The position numbers and the translations under genes are program-made. Source: Candidatus Latescibacterota bacterium (lineage in GTDB: Bacteria; Latescibacterota; UBA2968; UBA8231). From it: DNA of 64,000 nt. Under the pieces are notes generated by a model, which was not told the origin of the DNA, did no database searches, and saw only the letters and a program-made list of their open reading frames with translations. Where the stretch lies: assembly GCA_965215195.1 (NCBI GenBank), contig CBDCDC010000001.1, forward strand, positions 928,001-992,000. The letters run 5' to 3'. Shown here one piece after another: positions 8,972 through 16,784 of the stretch (positions are counted from its first letter, which is position 1; the number at the start of each line of letters is the position of its first letter).

Positions 8972-9755
8972 TGGGATTCTCCATGCTGTGTCCCGCCGCT
9001 TGCCGCTCTTGAACTAGGCGCAGGGTCTCGTCGCGCCACCCTGCAAACTCGTCGGTATCTACTGCGTCGTGCAAAGTCGCCCTTTTGGCGTAGGGCACGT
9101 AGTTGCCTAGGTGCCATAGCGTGTTGCGGTAGAGGCAGAAGTCGCCGGCGTCGAGGAAGAGCTGCCGGGCAGCGGGCATACTTTTTGCGTACCCGAGGCA
9201 AGTCCACTCGCGCTCGGTAGCGGATTGTCCTTTGAGATCGGGCGTGGCAATGGGGCGCTCGCACGGCAGGTCGCGGCGCAGGTGGCTGCCGGGGACGACC
9301 CAAGTACACGAGTCTGCGTATAGGGCGCAGTTGACTTGGTTGAAGTAGCGGTCGTCGGCAAAGTGCTCGTCCCAGCGAGTTAGGTCCAAGCCGGGCATAT
9401 TGTCGCGCCAGTCGCGGTGCCAGGGGGTACACCACGGCCAGTCGGCTGGCTCGAAGAGCACACCCATGACCTGCGGTCCACCGACGCGAAAATCCGGCGA
9501 GAGCAGGCGGTGCAGGGCGTCGTTGAGTGCGGGAAGTTCGGCGTAGTCGATAAAGGGCTGCTGGTTGAGCGGGAAGTCGGCCATCGGCTGGAGGCGCTGG
9601 GCTTGGGGGCCGCGCTGTTGGCGAGCCAAGTCCCGCGCCTCGTCGCAGACTCGGCGTAGATCGGCGACTAAGGAAAACGGTAGGATTTGGCGGAAGACCG
9701 CGTAGCCCTGAGTGCGGTACTCGTGGATGTGGCAATCGGAAAAGGCAAAGGCCAT
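8958..9755 (-). CDS. Phytanoyl-CoA dioxygenase (PhyH)-family Fe(II)/2OG oxygenase
   Basis: YRTQGY N-terminus, WHRD (HxD), VVPGSH, and LDAGD...WHLG distal His. Confidence 0.85.
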   Translation of the reverse strand: MAFAFSDCHIHEYRTQGYAVFRQILPFSLVADLRRVCDEARDLARQQRGPQAQRLQPMADFPLNQQPFIDYAELPALNDALHRLLSPDFRVGGPQVMGVLFEPADWPWCTPWHRDWRDNMPGLDLTRWDEHFADDRYFNQVNCALYADSCTWVVPGSHLRRDLPCERPIATPDLKGQSATEREWTCLGYAKSMPAARQLFLDAGDFCLYRNTLWHLGNYVPYAKRATLHDAVDTDEFAGWRDETLRLVQERQAAGHSMENPNGQK

Positions 9756-9764
9756 GGCGTTATC

Positions 9765-9911
9765 TCATACGTGTGCTACGTGAAAGCCTTGGGGCGGCTC
9801 AAAGTGCTCGGCGCGTTTGCCGATATAGTGGCAGATAAAACTGCGCCGCCAGCGGTTGGCGGTCTGGTCTTGGTCGCGGTAGGATTGTACTTGGGCGGCG
9901 TTGAGGTTCAC
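9765..9911 (-). pseudogene. Internally deleted PhyH-like gene (48-aa head-tail remnant)
   Basis: Manual translation MNLNAAQVQSYRDQ-DQTANRWRRSFICHYIGKRAEHFEPPQGFHVAHV*: a PhyH-like start joined in frame to a PhyH-like end, directly upstream of an intact PhyH gene. Confidence 0.55.
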
Positions 9912-9928
9912 GGTGGGCTACTTTCTAA

Positions 9929-10084
9929 GAAGCGGTCTGCTTCACCGCGCCTTTAGGCGTGACAAACCCCCGGCGGACCGCGTTGAGTAGCGGTTGAGAG
10001 GCCCTCGGAGGGAGCGTTTTTCGAGGGCGAGACGCCCTCGCTCCTAGATTGTTTGGACGGTTCGCGGAATTTTCAGACCGCTTC
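9929..10084. mobile_element. MITE family C, full copy 1 (156 bp), TAA target duplication
   Basis: Perfect 11-bp TIRs GAAGCGGTCTG / CAGACCGCTTC, TAA on both sides, internal hairpin GAGGGCGAGACGCCCTC; homologous to 53301-53453. Confidence 0.88.
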
Positions 10085-10350
10085 TAAGTGATGAACGGCT
10101 GCGCCGTAACTTAGCGAACATAGTCCCGGGTTTTCAACCGGACCGCGGCTCACTCAACCCTAGCCGGGTATTGCTGGAGGGGGAACTGGTCAATCTTTCC
10201 ATGAATTGACGTTGTATATACGGTCTCTTACCTTGGCTCTATGGATTCTCCAAGACGTCCTGTTTGAGTGGGACGCCTCAAAAAGCATCGGGTCTCTTTT
10301 GAAACTCAAGGCCATTCGATGGGCCTTCGATGAACGGCAAACCCTCAAAA

Positions 10351-10364
10351 CTGCGTAACGTCAG
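10351..10364. repeat. Solo terminal inverted repeat of MITE family B
   Basis: CTGCGTAACGTCAG is the exact reverse complement of 3554-3567; no partner end seen nearby. Confidence 0.7.
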
Positions 10365-10383
10365 TTAATAAAGGAGAAGATAA

Positions 10384-10722
10384 ATGGTAAAAATTGGCGA
10401 TGGAGATATGTTGGGGTACTACGCGCTTCTCATTCCAGAGAATTCGACAGCCCGTATCCCACTTGATGTCCAAGGATGGAAGTTCGATTTGGACATCAAG
10501 TTCGATAATACATCGGAAGAGCGAGGTGTGGATATTACCAAGACTGACGATGGGGCGACGATTACATTCCGCAAGTGGAACAATTCGCTCGGTACTGCTC
10601 TACTTGAACCCGAACCATTGGCCACCCTGCACGACGGGCAAAAACTCGCCTTCATGGCCAGCAATTATGCGATAGGAGGGACCAACAAACTCGATCTGCA
10701 ACTTCTTTTGCAAGAGGCGTGA
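10384..10722 (+). CDS. Hypothetical beta-rich protein (possibly DUF6864-like)
   Basis: AAGGAG RBS, 112 aa, lower GC, FRKWNNSLGT motif. Family call is from recall only. Confidence 0.6.
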   Translation: MVKIGDGDMLGYYALLIPENSTARIPLDVQGWKFDLDIKFDNTSEERGVDITKTDDGATITFRKWNNSLGTALLEPEPLATLHDGQKLAFMASNYAIGGTNKLDLQLLLQEA

Positions 10723-10726
10723 TGAA

Positions 10727-11098
10727 ATGCCGGAAAGAGATGGGAATATTGACGCACATAGTGTACCAATTAAGAAAATCCACAGTAGTGTCGCTCAAGT
10801 AGTTATTATCACCACAGAAGACAAGTTGAAAATCATTCTCAACGAATACAAAGATACTCAGATCGACAGTAAATCTTGGATAGCTCCTTTGGGCATTTTT
10901 CTTACGCTTGTAGGTACTCTTACCACAAGCACACCGAATGATTTTTGGCTGCCAAAGGAGTTTTGGCATCCAGTCTATGGAGGAGCAGCAGTAGCGGCAG
11001 GCATCTGGCTCCTCGTCTCAGGCCATAAGGCTTGGCGAGCATGGCGGAAGCCGTTGTCCGTCGCAGATATAGTGGAACGAATCAAAAACGATCCGTAA
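10727..11098 (+). CDS. Hypothetical two-TM membrane protein
   Basis: 123 aa, starts 4 nt after the upstream stop; IITTEDKL then two hydrophobic segments (WIAPLGIFLTLVGTL and VYGGAAVAAGIWLLV). Confidence 0.7.
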   Translation: MPERDGNIDAHSVPIKKIHSSVAQVVIITTEDKLKIILNEYKDTQIDSKSWIAPLGIFLTLVGTLTTSTPNDFWLPKEFWHPVYGGAAVAAGIWLLVSGHKAWRAWRKPLSVADIVERIKNDP

Positions 11099-11110
11099 TT
11101 AAAGACATCC

Positions 11111-12175
11111 CTACTCCCCCAACCACAGCTCTGGTCGCTCGACAAAGACCCGCATCTGGCCCAAAAAGCGGGCGGCCAAGCCGCTGTCTAGCACTCGGTC
11201 GTCGAAGGTCAGGTTTAGGGCCATCAGTGCTCTCGGCACGACCTGACCTTGATAGACGGCCGGCTTGGCTGCGATCCGACCCATTCCCAAAAATGCCCCT
11301 TGCGTCTGATAGGTCATCGGCGCAAAGGCGTCGATTCCATACAACCCCAAGTTGGCAATAGCAAAGGTCGCGCCCTCGGTGGCGGCCGGCGGCAAGGTGC
11401 GGCGACGTGCCCGAAAGGTTAGGTCGCGGGCTTCGGCCGCGAGTTGCGCGAGGCTCTTGGCGTCTGCGTCGCGGAGGACCGGCACCACCAAGCCGTCGGG
11501 GGTATCCACGACCAAGCCGAGATGCACGGCCCGGCCCGGCCCGAGAGGATAGCGGACCAGAGCGACAGCCGTCATTTTGGCGAATAGGTGGTTGTACGTA
11601 GGTGCGGCCGGGCCCCGGGCCGCCTTGAGCCGAGCGCGTAGGGCCACCAGCTCGGTGGCGTCTGCTTCAGTCGTCAGGGTCGCACGGACTAGGGGCCGGG
11701 GCCGTGCAGCCGCCGCGCGGATGTCGCGCTCGACGATCCGGCCCGTGCGCCCGCTGCCTTGGAGTACGCGCCATTCCACCCCAAGCTCCGAGGCCACGCG
11801 CCGAGCGCGGGGGCTAATGGTCGGCCCTGCGGAGCGAGCCGGCGCAGGCGTTGGAGCTGGCTCTGGTTTTGCAGGCGTTGGAACCGACTCTGCGGCGGGC
11901 GTTGGGGGCGGCGCAGTCGGCATCTCCTCGCCGGGCTGCAACAGATAGCCCAACAGGGTGCCCACCGGCACGGTATCGCCGGGTTGGGGGGCGTGCGGGG
12001 GGATGCGCAGGATGCCGCCGGAAAAGGTCTCAATCTCGTTGAGGGCCTTGTCGCTTTCCACCGTAAAGAGGATTTCGCCGGCCTCGACCGCGTCGCCATC
12101 GGCTTTGAGCCACTCGACGAGGGTGCCCTCCTCCATGGTCCACCCCAAGCGGGGCATCGCGATTGCCTCGGCCAT
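11111..12175 (-). CDS. 2-oxoacid dehydrogenase E2-like protein with degenerate acyltransferase site
   Basis: Lipoyl domain (VESDKA), E3-binding motif (ISPRARR...GSGRTGRIVERDI), shortened catalytic domain with TFDDRVLDSG in place of DHRxxDG. Confidence 0.8.
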   Translation of the reverse strand: MAEAIAMPRLGWTMEEGTLVEWLKADGDAVEAGEILFTVESDKALNEIETFSGGILRIPPHAPQPGDTVPVGTLLGYLLQPGEEMPTAPPPTPAAESVPTPAKPEPAPTPAPARSAGPTISPRARRVASELGVEWRVLQGSGRTGRIVERDIRAAAARPRPLVRATLTTEADATELVALRARLKAARGPAAPTYNHLFAKMTAVALVRYPLGPGRAVHLGLVVDTPDGLVVPVLRDADAKSLAQLAAEARDLTFRARRRTLPPAATEGATFAIANLGLYGIDAFAPMTYQTQGAFLGMGRIAAKPAVYQGQVVPRALMALNLTFDDRVLDSGLAARFLGQMRVFVERPELWLGE

Positions 12176-12185
12176 GCGCTTGCTC

Positions 12186-13163
12186 CTACTCGGCCATCAG
12201 GTCGCGGATGGCCCGTTCTATGTCCTTCCTGTTGGGCGCGATGGCGGCCTCTAAGGGTGCGCTGTACGGCGTGGGCACGTGTGCGCCATTGAGGCGGCGC
12301 ACGGGCGCGTCAAGGTCGTCGAAGGCCCGGTCCACTACTGCGGCGGCGATTTCTGCGCCCATGCCGCAGGGGGCAAAGGTCTCATCGACGATCAGCAGGC
12401 GGCCCGTCCGGTGTACGGATTTGAGCACGGCGTCGATGTCGAGGGGGGACGTAGTGCGGGGGTCAATGACTTCGACCGAGATGCCCTCGTCGGCTAGGGC
12501 CGCGGCGACTTGGAGCGTGGCCGGCACCATGGTCGTCAAAGCCACGACGGTCAGGTGCTCGCCGCGGCGGCACACGGCCGCTTGGCCAAAGGGGATGCAG
12601 TACTCCTCTGCCGGAACTTGGCCGCGGGTGTTGAGCAGGGACTTGTGTTCGAGGAAGAGCACCGGGTCGTGGCCGCGCAGGGCTGTCTTGAGCAGGCCCT
12701 TGGCGTCGTACGGATTGGACGGCACTGCGACCTTGAAGCCGGGCAGATGCGCAAAGATCGGATAGTAGTTGCCCGAGTGGTGGGTGGCGGCCGCGCCGCC
12801 GACGCCAATGCAGCCGCGCAGGACGATGGGCATTTTCAGGCGGCCGCTGCTCATGTACTGCATCTTGGCGATCTGGTTGACCAGTTCGCCGAACGCATCG
12901 AGGATGAAGTCCAAGAACATGAAATCCACCACGGGCCGCGTGCCGGTCATGGCCGCTCCAGCGCACAGGCCGACAAAGCCGCGCTCGCATATCGGGGTGT
13001 CGCGCAGGCGCTCCGGGCCGTACAAATTGAAGAGGCCGGTGGTGGTGTTGAAGTTGCCGCCGCGCGGACCAATGCCCTCGCCGACGACGAAAATGGTCTC
13101 GTCGCGCGCCATCTCTTCGGCTAGGGCTTGGCGCGCCGCTTCTACATACGTGAGTTCGGGCAC
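12186..13163 (-). CDS. TPP-dependent dehydrogenase E1 beta subunit (AcoB/PdhB-like)
   Basis: RLRDTPICE, ELVNQIAK, DPVLFLEHK and EVIDPRT motifs. Confidence 0.9.
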   Translation of the reverse strand: MPELTYVEAARQALAEEMARDETIFVVGEGIGPRGGNFNTTTGLFNLYGPERLRDTPICERGFVGLCAGAAMTGTRPVVDFMFLDFILDAFGELVNQIAKMQYMSSGRLKMPIVLRGCIGVGGAAATHHSGNYYPIFAHLPGFKVAVPSNPYDAKGLLKTALRGHDPVLFLEHKSLLNTRGQVPAEEYCIPFGQAAVCRRGEHLTVVALTTMVPATLQVAAALADEGISVEVIDPRTTSPLDIDAVLKSVHRTGRLLIVDETFAPCGMGAEIAAAVVDRAFDDLDAPVRRLNGAHVPTPYSAPLEAAIAPNRKDIERAIRDLMAE

Positions 13164-14149
13164 TACGCGCCGTCCCGTTGGCTAAAGATGTGGTCGGCCA
13201 CGGTGGCCGGGTCGGGCCACGGGCTGTCGTGGGCAAATTGCAGGGCCTCGGCGATCAGGGCGGTGACGTCCGCCGCGATCGCGTCGAGTTCTTCTCGGCG
13301 GGTGTGGCCGGCCGCTAGCAGCCGGCGGGCGAAGGCCGGGATGGGATCGCGCTCTTTCCACGCGTCGATTTCCTCGCTGGAGCGATAGCCTCCGTCGCGC
13401 ATTCCCTCGGCGTGGGGCCGGGTGCGGTAGGTCTTGCACTCGATGAGGGTCGGGCCGCCGCCTTGGCGGGCGCGGGTTATTGCTTCGCCGGCTGCCGCGT
13501 ACACCCCAGCTAGGTCGTTGCCGTCAATGGCAATGCCGGGCAATCCGTAGGCGGCGGCGCGGTTGGCCACCTGCGGATTGCGGGTGGTGGCGGCAAAGGC
13601 CACTTCGGTGGCGTAGAGGTTGTTTTCGCAGACGAAGAGCACCGGCAATTGCCAGTTGGTCGCTAGGTTGATGCCCTCGTGGAAGGCGCCGTTGGCGACC
13701 GCCCCGTCGCCAAAAAAGGCCACGCCGACTTTGGGGACGCCCAAGAGCTTAAAGGAGTAGCCGGCACCGGCCGCTTGGAGGATGCAGGGACCGACGATGC
13801 CGCTGGTGCCCATCATCCCCACTTGCGGCGAGAAAAGGTGCATGGAGCCACCGCGCCCCTGCGAGCAACCCGTGGCTTTGCCAAAAAGCTCGGCGATCAG
13901 CTCCTTGGGCGGTACGCCTTTGGCGAGGGCGTGGCCGTGGCCGCGATGCGTACTAAAAACCGCGTCGTCGTCGCTGAGGTGGGCGCAAACGCCGGTGGCG
14001 ATAGCTTCCTCGCCGACGTACGTGTGGCAAGCGCCGGGGATCAGGCCGGCTTGGTAGGAGCGGGCGAGTTGCTCTTCGCAGCGGCGGATGACCAGCATCT
14101 GGCGATAGAGCGCCAGACAGGTATCCTTGTCGGGCAGAGCTGTAGGCAT
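13163..14149 (-). CDS. TPP-dependent dehydrogenase E1 alpha subunit (AcoA/PdhA-like)
   Basis: STHRGHGH, GRGGSMH, FFGDGA...CENN TPP motif, TYR..PH. Confidence 0.9.
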   Translation of the reverse strand: MPTALPDKDTCLALYRQMLVIRRCEEQLARSYQAGLIPGACHTYVGEEAIATGVCAHLSDDDAVFSTHRGHGHALAKGVPPKELIAELFGKATGCSQGRGGSMHLFSPQVGMMGTSGIVGPCILQAAGAGYSFKLLGVPKVGVAFFGDGAVANGAFHEGINLATNWQLPVLFVCENNLYATEVAFAATTRNPQVANRAAAYGLPGIAIDGNDLAGVYAAAGEAITRARQGGGPTLIECKTYRTRPHAEGMRDGGYRSSEEIDAWKERDPIPAFARRLLAAGHTRREELDAIAADVTALIAEALQFAHDSPWPDPATVADHIFSQRDGA

Positions 14150-14264
14150 GGCGGCGAATATAGCGATTGTCCGCCGCCCTGCCAAAGACGCCTATCAGGT
14201 CGAATTGGACGGACAGGTGGAAGCTAAAAAGACGACGAAGCTGCCGTGAGGGGATGGAGTAGGG

Positions 14265-14304
14265 AAAAGGCCCCACGGCGATGTTTTTTGCCGTGGGGCC
14301 TTTT
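14265..14304. terminator. Bidirectional intrinsic terminator-like hairpin
   Basis: AAAAGGCCCCACGGC-loop-GCCGTGGGGCCTTTT, a perfect 15-bp inverted repeat. Confidence 0.7.
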
Positions 14305-14417
14305 GTGCGTGGTGATTAGACGCTTTAATTAGGCACTACTCATTGTGGAAAGAGCTGTTTGGCTTCGTAGAGGACTCCCAAGATGGCTATATCACCGAGC
14401 GGATTCAGGAGGAAACC

Positions 14418-16784
14418 ATGATCAATTTTCTCAAGCGGTACTTCCACTGGCTGCATACGCGGTGGCCAGCCGGCGTGGTGGAAAAATTGCCGCGAGTGGA
14501 TGAGCACGGGCAGAGCAACGTCCCTGGGCTGTACATCGTCGGCGACTTGACCGGGATCCCGCTGTTGAAGTTCTCGGCCGACACGGGTGCGCGGGCCGTG
14601 CAGCACATCGCGGCCGACGAGGCATTCCAGCGCGGCAAGGGGCAGGAGGATGTCTTGGACTTGGCGATTGTCGGCGCGGGCGTTTCCGGCATGTCCGCGG
14701 CCTTGGAGGCGCGGGAAGCCGGGTTGTCGTTTGTGCTTTTGGAGGCGACCGAGCCGTTTTCCACGCTGGTCAATTTCCCCAAGGGGAAGCCCATTTACAC
14801 CTATCCCACCGACATGGAGCCGGCCGGGCAGATCCGCTTTGCGGCCGAGGTCAAGGAACCGCTGATCGAGGAACTGCACGCGCAGACGCTCGCCCAAGGC
14901 ATTGAGCCGACTAGGGCGCGCGTCGAGCAGGTAAAGAGGCGGGGAGACCACTTTGAATTGGAGATCCCGCGCCAAGAGAATATCAAGGCCAGCCGCGTGA
15001 TCGTCGGGATCGGGCGCTCGGGCAACTTTCGCAAGCTAGGGGTGCCGGGCGAGAATTTGGACAAGGTCTTCAACCGCTTGCACGACCCGGTCGATTTCAG
15101 CGATAAAGACGTGCTGGTCGTTGGCGGCGGCGACAGCGCCTTAGAGGCGGCCATTGCCATCGCCCAATGCGGAGGGCGCGTGACCGTCTCCTACCGCAAA
15201 CCCGAGTTTTCCCGCCCCAAGCCCGAAAACGTCGAAAAGCTGAACATGCTCGCAGCCGATCCCATGGCCGACGTGGCCGTGGATACCCCTTCTTCCGAGC
15301 GGGTGACGACCAGCAGCGGGGCCTTTATGGAGGAGGGCCGGCAAGCGGGTTCGATCCGCCTGCTAATGGCCAGCCAAGTGCTGAGCATAGCGGAAGACGC
15401 GGTCGCGCTCAAAGACGCCGAGGGCCAACAACTGAGCCTGCCCAACGACGCGGTGTTTTCCATGATTGGGCGTGAGGCCCCGCTCGACTTTTTCAGGCGC
15501 AGCGGGGTAGAGATCAACGGCGAATGGCGACCGAGGCGTTGGCTGTCTTTGGGGCTGATCATGCTGGCGGCGGTCTTCGTCTATCACTGGAAAACCGATG
15601 CGGGCATCCCGGTCAAGAAGTGGTTCGACCAAGCCGATCTCTTCCCCTTCAACTTAGCGGCACCGCCAGCAGCCCATACCTTGTGGGATGCGGTGCATGT
15701 GTCGATGACTCAGCCGAGCTTCTACTACTCATTGGCCTATTGCCTGTGCGTCGTCCTATTCGGCGTACAGCGCATAAAGCGGCGACGCACGCCGTATATC
15801 AAGGTGCAGACGTTGACGCTAATGGCGATCCAGTGCATTCCGCTCTTTCTGCTGCCCTATGTGTTTTTGCCTTGGGCAGGGTACAATGGCTGGTTCGACG
15901 AGGGTGCTTGGCTCAAGCCGCTGGCCGACGCCTTGTTCCCCGAGTCGCAATGGGCTGAACACGGGCGCGAATACTGGCGCTCGCTGGGGCTGATCCTCGC
16001 TTGGCCGCTGTTCTTTTGGAACGTCTTCACCAGCGAGCCGCTGTGGTGGTGGCTGGCGATTAGCCTAGTGCAGACCTTCGTCATCATACCGCTGATCATC
16101 TACTTCTGGGGCAAAGGGGCGTACTGCGGCTGGATCTGCTCGTGCGGCGCACTGGCCGAAACCATGGGCGACGCGCACCGGCACAAGATGCCGCACGGCA
16201 TGGTGTGGAACAAGGTGAACATAGTGGGGCAAGTCGTGCTGCTGCTGGCTGGTGTGCTGCTCGTTTTGCGCCTAGTCGGCTGGGCTTTGCCGCACGATCA
16301 CTGGATCAATGGGTTCTACATGGGGCTATTTCTGGGCAAGGGCACGGACTGGGGCAACCTGCCCTTCCCGTTGACTTTTCTCAACTACGTGTGGTCGGTT
16401 GATCTGCTGCTGGCCGGCATATTAGGCGTCGGTCTGTACTGGCATTTCAGCGGCCGGGTGTGGTGCCGCTTCGCCTGCCCGCTGGCGGCCCTAATGCACA
16501 TCTACGCACGCTTCAGCCGCTTCCGCATCCTCGCCGACAAGAAAAAGTGCATCTCCTGCAATGTCTGCACTTCAGTGTGCCACCAAGGCATCGACATTAT
16601 GAACTTTGCCAACAAGGGGCTGCCCATGGCCGACCCGGAGTGCGTGCGCTGTAGTGCGTGTGTGCAGTCTTGCCCGACGGGTGTGCTGGAGTTTGGTCAG
16701 ATCGACAAAAGCGGCGAGGTGATAAAAACCGATGGGCTGGCGTCGTCGCCGGTGCGGATGCGGGAGGAGGGAACTAACCACTAG
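14418..16784 (+). CDS. FAD/NAD(P)-binding oxidoreductase fused to a membrane 4Fe-4S (NapH/RdxA-like) domain
   Basis: AGGAGG RBS; IVGAGVSG, VVGGGDSA, many TM helices, YCGWICSCG, WCRFACP, CISCNVCTSVC and CVRCSACVQSCP motifs. Confidence 0.85.
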   Translation: MINFLKRYFHWLHTRWPAGVVEKLPRVDEHGQSNVPGLYIVGDLTGIPLLKFSADTGARAVQHIAADEAFQRGKGQEDVLDLAIVGAGVSGMSAALEAREAGLSFVLLEATEPFSTLVNFPKGKPIYTYPTDMEPAGQIRFAAEVKEPLIEELHAQTLAQGIEPTRARVEQVKRRGDHFELEIPRQENIKASRVIVGIGRSGNFRKLGVPGENLDKVFNRLHDPVDFSDKDVLVVGGGDSALEAAIAIAQCGGRVTVSYRKPEFSRPKPENVEKLNMLAADPMADVAVDTPSSERVTTSSGAFMEEGRQAGSIRLLMASQVLSIAEDAVALKDAEGQQLSLPNDAVFSMIGREAPLDFFRRSGVEINGEWRPRRWLSLGLIMLAAVFVYHWKTDAGIPVKKWFDQADLFPFNLAAPPAAHTLWDAVHVSMTQPSFYYSLAYCLCVVLFGVQRIKRRRTPYIKVQTLTLMAIQCIPLFLLPYVFLPWAGYNGWFDEGAWLKPLADALFPESQWAEHGREYWRSLGLILAWPLFFWNVFTSEPLWWWLAISLVQTFVIIPLIIYFWGKGAYCGWICSCGALAETMGDAHRHKMPHGMVWNKVNIVGQVVLLLAGVLLVLRLVGWALPHDHWINGFYMGLFLGKGTDWGNLPFPLTFLNYVWSVDLLLAGILGVGLYWHFSGRVWCRFACPLAALMHIYARFSRFRILADKKKCISCNVCTSVCHQGIDIMNFANKGLPMADPECVRCSACVQSCPTGVLEFGQIDKSGEVIKTDGLASSPVRMREEGTNH

